Source: Vicugna vicugna (Eukaryota). From it: a stretch of DNA of 64,000 bases. Positions 53,698-64,000 of the stretch are shown piece by piece; position 1 is the first letter of the stretch; the number at the start of each line of letters is the position of its first letter. The notes under the pieces are model-generated. The model had not been told where the DNA came from, made no database searches, and saw only the letters and a list, made by a program, of their open reading frames with translations. Both the position numbers and the translations under genes were made by a program. The stretch spans positions 5,826,963-5,890,962 of the forward strand of contig MU061579.1 in the NCBI GenBank assembly GCA_013265495.1, given 5' to 3'.

Positions 53698-54130
53698 CAC
53701 ACTTATATATATGATTTTCTGCTATTTGCAACAACATGGATGGACCTGGAGATTATTATGGTTAGTGAAATAAATCATACAGAGAAAGACAAATACTGTA
53801 TGTTATCACTTATATGTGGAATCTAAAATAATAAAACAAATGAATCTATATAACAAAACAAAAACAGACTAACAGGTATAAAAAACAAACCAGTGGTTAC
53901 CAGTAGGGAAAAGGAAGTGGGGAAGCACAAGATAAGGGCATGGGATTAAGAGACACAGACTGTTATGTATAAAATAAATAAGATACAAAGATGTAATGTA
54001 CAGCACAGGGAAAATAGTGAATAATTTATAATAACTTTAAATGGAGTATAATCTATAAGAATATTGGATCACTATGCAGTACACCTGAAACTAATATAAT
54101 TTTGTAAATCAACTATAATTAAAACAAAAA
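52745..54130 (+). mobile_element. 5'-truncated older L1 (ORF2 C-terminus and 3' UTR) with internal (TG)/(TA) microsatellite
   Basis: [49 protein letters not shown]; microsatellite at ~53600-53712. Confidence 0.95.
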
Positions 54131-55619
54131 GGATGAATAAAGTCAGAGCATCTAATGAAAAAAAGTCAAATCTTGCTAAAGTCAGACTATGTGAAATACA
54201 TTATTTAAAAAAATTAAAAATATTGAGTATTTTTCTTTCACATTCGTAACTAAGCATGTTGTATTCTCTTCACGACATATTTAATAAACCAACACAGGCT
54301 TATACAAGCTCTTTCCAACTCTGGTTATAATGAGGAGAAACTGTGGTGCCTTGAATGTACTCTAGAGAAAGAGATTAAAATATTCTACTATCATCACTGT
54401 ACTATGTGAACAAACCCAATTTCCCCTTTATTACTTCTTTCAATATGCCAGGAATGCTTAACAAAACAGTATAATTAAATTATGGTGAAATTCTTCCATT
54501 TATTTACAGAGAAACAAAATATTCTGTAGAAAGTTTTAAGCAGGAATATAGGTGAAAAACAACAAATGGGAGATATAATACTCCTATTTGACTCATGAGA
54601 AAATAAGAGGAAAAATTTTTTTCTAAAAATGAATCTCCATTGTTTGAAATATTTTCTGGCAATCTGAAACAGGAAGTTGAAACCAGCAATCTTTGTGTTG
54701 AATCTAGAGTATCTATTTTCTTATGATTGTGCCAGTATTCATTAAAATTCTATTTTACTGGTTTTTATTCTCTGCCTCACATAACCCTTGTTTACTCTAC
54801 TGAATACCTCTATAAACTAGTTGGCTGAAAAGTGACAATGTAGAGGATAATTTTACTCACTATTTATAACAGTTCCATCCCTATCTGCTTCCTAATAAGG
54901 GGAAGCATGATTTTGGAATATGGTTCTGGAGTCAAACACTGGCTTGAATTCAATTTCTTCTTATTAGCTATATAATTTTATGTGAATTACTTTTCCAACC
55001 TTGAATTTCCTCATATTCTGTACTAGGATAATAACAGTAATAAGTTTCACCCTAGAGTTTCATTTATTTGAGATGGTGCTTCTTAGAGCAGTGTTAAGTT
55101 TATTGTATACATAAACTATATGTTATCTACCATTTTGTTTTTATTGCTATCATCATCATTATTATTGATTCAAAATAAATACTGAAGTCACCCACCCTTT
55201 CCCAGCAGAATTCTAAATCACAAGAAGTGCAAAGCCAATGATGACTAAAGACCAGAGATGTGCAGCTATAGATGTGTTTCTTAATCCCATGGGTATTAAA
55301 TAAACAAATGTTCACAAGGAACAATAGTCTCGTGTTGCCAGTCTTGGACTCTTGTATAAAGCCTATACCGTATATAGCAAGAGTTCAAAATCCATGGGTT
55401 TGTTCTAGTTCTTTCCTCCCTGATAAAATAAACTCATAACTAATCTTACTAGCTCTTTTTAAAATTTTCATTTTAATTACAAAGTCTCTAGAACAACAGA
55501 TCATGTTTCTTATGGATTAGCTCCAAGAGATCTGTGAGCTTACTGAAGTGAATGCAAATATTGGTAAGTACAGTTTTTACATTGTCTCCTAGAGACTCAC
55601 TTGTCTTTATCCAATTCTT

Positions 55620-56210
55620 TATTTAAGTTTTTCACTGGAGTCAGAGCAATATTTTAAAATGAAAAATGCACTTTCAATAATACTACCAATAAGTCTGATT
55701 GACTAAGGAAAAATTAATATTCTCTTAATTTTTAGGATAAATATCAAAATCCTTAACTTGAACGTGAAGGCTCTAAGAGGCTTGAATTTTATCAACCAAA
55801 GTAGTCACATTTGTCTCATTTCACTTCCTAAAATGTATTATTCCTCCCCATGTCACGGGGCCTTACTACATGCTGGTCTTTTTGCCAAGATGCTGGCTCC
55901 TCTGATCCCCAACACACTCTACATCATTCTTCAGGTCTCAGAACATCTTTTCCTACCCTCCTTGATTAGGATAGACACCCGTATTATACCCTCTCATGGT
56001 ACCATGTAGCTCCCCAATGTAACTTTTATAACAGTTCAATTTTTAATTTACTTATGTATTAATCTCATTAATCTCTGCCTCCCACACGTATTTTGTAAAC
56101 TCCTTTTTGGAAAGTATGTGATCTATATCTGTTCACCTTTGAATTATACCATTTAGCACAATGTTTGACAAAATAGATACTTGTTAAATGAGTGTATGAA
56201 TAAATAAATT
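55620..56210 (+). mobile_element. L2 3' relic
   Basis: TAGGATAAATATCAAAATCCTTAAC...TTGTAAACTCC...TAGCACAATGTTTGACAAAATAGATACT...GAATAAATAAAT, typical of L2 ends. Confidence 0.6.
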
Positions 56211-58042
56211 AAAAAAATTTAAAAAAACATATTGCTAGCTCCAGTGTTTATCACATTATATTGTTATATTGAAGGCAGAAGATTTTACTGATTAATCTTT
56301 GAGGTCGTAGTTGTTTCACCTAATGTCTACTACATAAAAATCAAGAAATCTGTTGAATAAAGGCAAAAAGAAAGTCTAGCATAGGAGTGACCATAGAATA
56401 GTCTTCTAATGAATGATAGCTAATGCTGATACTACTCTCATGATTACTTTTATTGTTACTTATGACTTTGAGGTAAACCATTATTCAAAACTAAAAATGT
56501 GCTATTGAATATACATAAGCATACCTAAACATCTTGCATAGTTTGCTTTAAATAAAAAACTTTAAATATTTTGTTGAGATTTTTAAAAACTGACATTATA
56601 CTGAGATTATAATCTTAGCATGATATTTTTCTCCCTTTTAAAGCAAGCCTAATATGTTTATTAATTTAAATGAATCAAAAACATAATTATGTTAATATTT
56701 CTTTAACTAGGTTGATAAAAATATAGAACTAATTTTCAAAAGGGCATGTAAAGGCACCTCTTCCTTGAAGACTAAAGATATTCATGCCTTTTTTTAGTCT
56801 TTTACATCAAAAATATATATTATAATTTATCCTAGGTATAAACTTCAAACTTAATGTTAAATTTCTCCTGATGCATAAATGTTACCAATATTATAAATAT
56901 TATAATATTTATATTATATGAATATGAATAAGTCAGAACTATATAACTTCATAATACTTTTCAGAAACCTACAGTAGTTAATAGGGTTGCTGAATTAAAC
57001 AAAAATTAGCGTATCATTGAGAGCCAGGTAAAATATATAGACTTACTGATTTGTTCAAAAGGCTTATGATTGGAAACAAGAATCTAAATTGGGACAATAA
57101 GCAACTTTGGAACCATGCAATGATGCATATGAAAAAGTGACTTAATACTTGAGGGAAAAATAACACTTCAGCAACTGATGCAATTAAAATCTACTTATTT
57201 TACAGAATCTGATTTCTTATTGTTCTGCTTGATCAGCTTCCTACCTACCTTTTCCCCCTTATGAAACAAAAAGCTCAGTTTTGACATGATGCCCAATTGA
57301 ACAATTTAACACCAACACTCATAAACTAAAATAAATAATTTCCTCTAAACGTTACTTCATCGTTGAATGAATTCCTGTGTTGAGAGACTTCTATAGCTTT
57401 TGTAAGAGTTCCAAAAGTTTAGCTCATGGCTATTTTAACCCCATGCTCTTTTTAGATTTTTACAAAAATAATCAGAAGATCAAATTTAAGCCTCTTCCCA
57501 CTATAATTGTTGATAGATATTTGAGAAAATGATAAAATAATGATAAAGCTGACATGAGAATATTTCAGAATTAAAATAAAGCATTCTCCTTCTAGTAATC
57601 TGAAAAAGGAAAGAAATTCAAAAATAGTTTATTGCCTTGATACATATTTTGTATTTTATGTTCTGATATTCCCTAATTCAGGCCAAAACTTTCACACTGG
57701 ATTTTGCTGAAGAAACAAAATTAAACCAATCTTTAATAAAATCACAAAGAAGAATAAATGACTTCAAGGCAGAACCACCCATTCACCGAGCTTTCTGTGT
57801 TTGGAAGCATGTTGAGACTTATGACAATATTCTACAGCTTTTGTCTAATTAAGCTTTTTAAAAGTATAAATGTATTGACTGAGTAATCAACTCTCAATTC
57901 TATGAAAACAAAAGCAAATTCTTCAAAAAACCCCACTTCCATCCTGCAACTTAAATTATATAGGGCTAAAGAAAAATCATACTTCAGTATGTTTATTGTT
58001 AGGGTATCAGAATTGTAAGTTCTATTGTCGCAGTTATTGTTA

Positions 58043-58681
58043 TGGTTGTCAGTTTTAAACCACCCCTTTATACTCAGTTTGTGACGCTGGGACTGGGACC
58101 GCATTGTCCTTCTGACTTCTGTTTAAGTCTCTACCATTATAAGATACTAGTAAAGTACCGGAAGAAATAAGGAAAAAGAAGGAACATGCCCCTTCTTGTT
58201 TGTTTCCTATTCCTGTTTTTGCTGCTTGCTGCTCTCACCATCACAACAGCAACAATTTTTCACCCTGATGGTAACATTTCATTTCAGTAACAGCAGTTGA
58301 TTTCAGTTTGCACTTTTCCAAACATTTTCAGAACCAACCTTATCACACCTCCTCAGAGATGTCAGCTTCACAGACTGAGAACTAATTCCTCCTTGGTCAT
58401 CTGAGTTTCAGCCGCTGGAGTTTCAGGCACTGCAGATTCCCTACTCCATCTCCAACGTTTTAATAACTTCAGCCTTTCCACTGCCCCAGCCTTAGAATGG
58501 AAATCACCTTCCAGTAGATACCACCCCTGATGCATTAGTATATCCTTTCTGCCTATCCTGTCCTCAAATAACTGGTATCAAATCTTTGTATTAATTACTC
58601 CTGATCAAAACCAAAACCAAAAAGAAACAACAACAAACACTGCTATAGTTTTTGTCTCCAGATGGGACCCTGAATGACACA
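58043..58681 (+). mobile_element. Old ERVL-class LTR (LTR41-like)
   Basis: AAACCACCCCTTTATACTCAGTTTGTGACGCTGGGACTGGGAC near the start; GGGACCCTGAATGACACA at the end. Confidence 0.55.
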
Positions 58682-58867
58682 CATGTCATAATCACAGACT
58701 AACAAGGGATTGTCCAAATCCTTTTGCTCACACATATTTGTTTATGAAATCAGTGTGTGAATTCTCATGAATTTTTCAGCTCAACTTCAATCCCTAGCGG
58801 CCATTGAGAAAGAAACCAGAGTTACATTTAAATACTTTGCTTTTTGTAAGTTAAAAATGAGCCACTC

Positions 58868-60219
58868 GTCTGGAAGAGTTTGAGAAGGACTGGTATGAAT
58901 TCTTTGTATGTTTGGTAGAATTCCCCGGTGAAGCCGTCCGGTCCTGGACTTTTATTTGTATGGAGGTTTTTAATTGCTATTTCTATTTCCTTTCTAGTGA
59001 TCGGATTGTTCAAGTGTTCAGATTCTTCTTGATTCAGTCTTGGTGGACAGTATGTTTCCAGAAACTTGTCCATCTCCTCTAGGTTATCCAGTTTGGCTCC
59101 ATATAGTTTTTCATAATATTCTCATATGATATTCTGTATTTCTATTTTGTCTGTTGTAATTGCTCCATTTTCCTTTCTTATTTTGCTGATTTGTGCTCTC
59201 TCTTGTTTCTTCTTTGTGAGTTTGGCCAGAGGTTTGTCAATTTTATTTACTTTTTAAAAAAACTAGCTTTTGGTTTGGTTGATTTTTTTCTATGGTCTTG
59301 TTAATCTCTATTGTATTTTTTTCCTCTCTGATCTTTATTATTTCCTTCCTTCTGCTGCTTTTTGGGGCTTTTTGTTCTTCTTTTTCTAATTGACTCAGGT
59401 GGTGGGTTAACTTGTTTATTTGAGATTGTTCTTCTTTTTTGAGGAAGGCCTGTATCGCTATAAACTTCCCTCTTAGCACTGCCTTTGCTGTGTCCCATAG
59501 GTTTTGAGTGGTTGTGCTTTCATTGTCATTTGTCTCAAGGTATTTTTTAATTTCAGCTTTGATTTCCTCATTGACCCATTGTTTTTTCAATAACATACTG
59601 TTTAATCTCCCACTCCTGGGCTTGTATCCAGAAGGAACCCTACTTCAGGATGACACCTGCACCCCAATGTTCATAGCAGCATTATTTACAATAGCCAAAA
59701 CATGGAAACAGCTAAATGTCCATCAACAGGTGACTGGATAAAGAAGAGGTGGTATATTTATACAATGGAATACTACTCAGCCATAAAAACTGACAACATA
59801 ATGCCATTTGCAGCAACATGGATGCTCCTGGAGAATGTCATTCTAAGTGAAGTAAGCCAGAAAGAGAAAGAAAAATACCATATGAGATCACTCATATGTG
59901 GCATCTAAAAAAATAAACAAAACAAAGCATAAATACAAAACAGAAATAGACTCATAGACAGAGAATACAGACTTGTGGTTGCCAGCAGGGTGGAGGGTGG
60001 GAAGGGATAGACTGGGATTTCAAAATTGTAGAATAGATAAACAAGATTACACTGTATAGCACAGGGAAATATACACAAAATGTTATGATAACTCACAGAG
60101 AAAAAAATGTGACAATGAGTGTGTATATGTCCATGAATGACTGAAAAATTGTGCTGAACACTGGAATTTGACACAACATTGTAAAATGATTATAAATCAA
60201 TAAAAAATGTTAAAAAAAA
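58868..60219 (+). mobile_element. Young L1 with inverted 5' segment (twin priming)
   Basis: 58868-~59609 is antisense ORF2 ([36 protein letters not shown]); ~59610-60219 is sense ORF2 end, 3' UTR and polyA; perfect TSD AAAAATGAGCCACTC at 58853-58867 and 60215-60229. Confidence 0.95.
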
Positions 60220-60412
60220 TGAGCCACTCAACATTACTAACTCAGTAAAAAGTGGTTTTCAATACCGTTTCAGCTGTCATTAGCAGGTTTACAGAAAGGA
60301 TTTTTTTTCATATATGTATATTAAAGTAGTCTGAACTGGAAATACCCAAGACTTTCACTCCTAATTCTTTACTCACTTATCTCTCTTCCCATTAAATACG
60401 CTCCCATATGCA

Positions 60413-61113
60413 TGATACAGTGGTGACAAACCTCAGGACTTCAAACATAGAGATGGGAATTCCCCCCCAGATCCTTCTCTTTTACCAACCTTATGTCCCA
60501 AGGAAGACACCCCCGCTTGCACAGAGGCTTATCTGCTTTCTGTTTTTTCCCCTCACCAAAATCTGTCTGTCTATGCCCACAGCTGAGCTTGGTTAACAGA
60601 AACTAAGGCAGATGCCACATAAGCAAAACCACAGACCCAGCCCAGAGCCAGAAAGGACCCAGCGGGCAACAGTCAATTGCCCCGAACCTGTTCCAGCTTG
60701 ACCGAGAGGGCAGTGCGTGTGCAGATGAGACTCAAAGTGTCTGAAAGTTGCCTATGCTTCATCACCATGCTAGGATCTCCACCCAAAGAGAGGACTTTTG
60801 GTGAGGCACAATCAGTGCCATGTGCAAAGAATTCCAAACGACTGTGTGTGCTCTGGCTGTTTCTGGAAATCACTGCCCCTTCCCTGAATTCTGATGGCTA
60901 CCCACCTCTTACCCTTAAAAGTTTCCCACTTCCCCTCCCAAACCCTCAAAGAAGGGTGTTTTAGAGCACAAGCTCTCCCTTCTCCATTCCTTGATCAATG
61001 AATAAATTTTATGGTCTATTGCCAAACCTAGTCTCCCATTCAATTGGCAGGAGCAGCACAGGGCAAGGAGAGGACCTGGTTGGGGTCCACCTGAACCCAG
61101 AGGGTCAGTAACA
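60413..61113 (+). mobile_element. ERV solo LTR
   Basis: TGATAC...GTAACA; TATA-like CTTAAAA ~60914, AATAAA 61001, then U5-like sequence; no TSD found, left boundary uncertain. Confidence 0.7.
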
Positions 61114-61926
61114 CTAAGACTAGGGTGAATAACTCTCTTCCATGCTTCATCCTGTCAAGCAAATGCTCCTGTCCTTTACTTTACTCTCTGAACTATGCTG
61201 TCAACTTCCTGCCAATAGAAAGCTTTGTTAATATAATTCCTACTGATAACAATTCAGTTAATACAATGCTGAGCTTTCTGCATGTAATCAGCAAATGTGG
61301 GATGAATAAATCAGTGAACACAGTCATGACTAATCCTCTTGGATTACACAACAAACATTTGCCGTGTCTATACATTTTTCTATGATCTGAACTTTAGTGT
61401 TATTATCTCCCCCCAAGATATAATCTAATCAATAGCCTGCTTTCTTACTGCATATGTTTGAGTTTGTGTCACATTCTACACCTGCTAAATCTCACTTACT
61501 TATGTAAAGTATTTCCAGCAAACTTTGGAGTCATTAAAATGATTAATTGTGTTGGATTTAATTTAGCGTTAAGTATATTCTGTTGTTTTCTAATTCTTTG
61601 GGAAATTGGTAATCCCCCTGTTTAGTGTATGTGATAATTCCTTATTAATTAAAAATCTGTTTAACAAGAACAGCAGATTCCCCCTCTACAACAGATAACA
61701 CAGAATTTACTCTATAATTAACTCCCTGTCAAAGTTCTTAAACTAATTTTATCTCAGGTTCTCTTCCGAGATGCTTTGGCTCTATCTGTGGTTGTGGAAA
61801 CCATCTGGTGCAAATCTCCCTTGATTTCTGTATTTATGATGTCACTTTCCCCACATAAAACCAGACTTAACTATATCTTGCATTACTATAAATATATTTT
61901 ACTCTATTTTTTCACTTACCTCTTGC

Positions 61927-62347
61927 TGTTGGTTCAAAACCGGGAACTTCCCTGGTGAAATCTGAAACTGGCCTCTGTATAAGAGGCTAGAGAGAGACTC
62001 AAGAAAGCAACAGGTCACTCCAGTTGAGCAGGTGGGTTTTAATAAGCAAGGGAATTTACACACAAGGTTTGCTTTGGGCTGCGGCAGCAAGATAAGTAGA
62101 TTTCCAAACTTGCCTGCCAGAATCTTAAAAGTTTAAATAGAGGTCTTAACTGGATTCATTTATCCTGTCCTGATGGTCTCAACTAGCACATTACTATCTC
62201 AAGGCTGTGTCCTTGAGGCAGCTTCTATTGTAGGGAAGGCAATCAGAATGAACATTCCAAGGACAGGGGAGGAGGTGAAAGCTTTAGATTGCCTGGGTCC
62301 ATCTCACAGGTCAACCGGCAGTCACATCCTCTCAGTGACCTCCAACA
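61927..62347 (-). mobile_element. Solo LTR, probably ERVL class
   Basis: Inverted termini TGTTGG...CCAACA; 5-bp TSD CTTGC 61922-61926 vs CATGC 62348-62352; ATTAAA on the minus strand ~62038. Confidence 0.75.
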
Positions 62348-63042
62348 CATGCGTGTGGTTTTAAATGACTGATTACCTTTTTTCAGCAGTCATCTTCCTA
62401 GAATGTGTATCTTCTCTTTAGAGTGGAAAGCTCAGGGTCCTGAAGGCTGTAACGTTAATATATCATGAGAAAGTAAAAATTGCTAGAGAGGTTACGTCAA
62501 GCCCCTGAACTCTGGAGAGACAGTGTTTTCTTGCCTCAGTATGAGGGTATAATACCTTCCACTTATTATGAGTGCTGTTGAGAATTTAAAACGAGATGAT
62601 TCATATACATGTGCTTAGAAAATGACCATATAAATTTAAGGCAGATGAAACCTTCCTAATGTTCAGATTCAAACTTTCCAGGAATAATGATATTCATTCT
62701 CCATTGTTTCTCAGCCTCACAAATTGATCTCTGCAGTTAATGTTTGTTTTGTGTTTTCTACCTGATTCTGATAGTGATCAAATTTTCTTGTCCGAATAAG
62801 TTTCTAAATGACATTGGGATTCCTAAGGGATTCTCTTCTTACAGATACAAGCAGAATTGAACATTCCTCCCACAGCCATTCAATTGATCTGTTATGGTTT
62901 CTCTATCTTTAATAAATTCACTCTTGATCCCACATCTCTAGTTCTTATTATGAACAATAGCATACCTCGGCATCTAGGGAGTTTTTGACACTTGCTGGAT
63001 CTCATGACTCAATTCCTGTTTTGTTTTAAACCAATTCTGTTC

Positions 63043-63165
63043 TTTATTTTCCCCTGGGGGGTGATAATTAGATTGATTTATTTTTAGAGGAGGTACTGGG
63101 GACGGAACCCAGGACCTTGTACATGCTACACATACACTCTACCACTTGAGCTGTACCCTCCCCAC
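63043..63165 (-). mobile_element. tRNA-derived SINE (vic-1-like)
   Basis: Reverse complement GGGGAGGGTACAGCTCAAGTGGTAGAG...GGTCCTGGGTTCCGTCCCCAGTACCTCC; TSD TAAACCAATTCTGTTC 63027-63042 vs TAAACCACTTCTATTC 63166-63181. Confidence 0.88.
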
Positions 63166-63181
63166 TAAACCACTTCTATTC

Positions 63182-64000
63182 AGACTTTTACCCTGCCATT
63201 CCATTGGAACTGCTTTTGTCACAGTCAACAATGACTGCTGCATATCTAAATCTGACAGATAACTATTGTTGGTCATTTATTCATACTTGAATTTCTTCAC
63301 TGGACTCTCAGGACAACCTCCTTATTGCCTATCTACAGTGTACTGTGCCAGAATCTACTTATATCTTCAACCTGTAAACACTTGAGGGCTCCACGGATTA
63401 GTCTTTGCACCTCTTCTCTCTTCTATCTATGCTACTTTCTTGGTGGCTCATCCAGCCTCTTTGTTCTGCACACCACTGATATGCGGGCAACTACTGAATA
63501 CATGTGTCCAGCCAGGATTTTGTGGACTCTTGTAACCAACTATCTGTCCTATGCTTCCACTCGGATGAATAACTTGAATTCCAACAGTATCACGTTCAGC
63601 ATAAAATTCCTGGTGCTGTTGCCTCTTCTACCCTTCTTAGAAAATGGTAGCTGTCATTCTTCCAGTTTTTCAGGCCAAACATCTTGGATTCATTCTTGAC
63701 CATTCTATTTCTCAAACATCTGGATATCATCCTTGTTGGTTCTAGCCTCAAAATAAAACCAGCATCAAGTCACTTATCACCTCTGCATTAACACCCATAT
63801 CCAAACCATTACTATCTTTATAGCACTTGATTCATTTTCTTACTTGCAGATTCACCTGCCTTTAATGTATTCTCAACAACAGTAGGGAGGGGGATTTTTC
63901 TAAAATGTAGGTCACATATATATATATACCACTAGCCTATGCAAAACCCTTAAATAGCTTTACATTCAGAGTGAAAGACAATACCCTGTAATGGTACGCA
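63182..64000 (+). mobile_element. L2 relic
   Basis: GGAACTGCTTTTGTCACAGTCAACAATGAC (ETAL.KV.ND-like); CAGGCCAAACATCTTGGATTCATTCTTGAC (LG.ILD-like). Confidence 0.7.

Overview
AT-rich, CpG-poor mammalian DNA, either intergenic or a large intron. No intact protein-coding gene, RNA gene or CRISPR array is recognisable. Two tRNA-derived SINEs look like the camelid vic-1 type, so the host is probably a camelid; this is recognition from memory, not a database search. Nearly all interpretable structure is retroelement debris. This includes a decayed class I ERV with pol (RT, RNase H, integrase) and the start of env (~21950-25840) carrying epsilon-like motifs, about ten LTRs (some nested, some with target-site duplications, TSDs), L1s of several ages, MIR/L2/MER58 relics and microsatellites. 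The best second-look items are the epsilon-like ERV, a twin-primed L1 with an unusually large gap, a probable L1 3' transduction, a 389-bp tandem duplication, a 136-bp dispersed duplication, and two motif clusters (PBX-HOX/MEIS; triple AP-1). I found no convincing evidence of a new biological system. The listed ORFs are retroelement fragments or chance ORFs.
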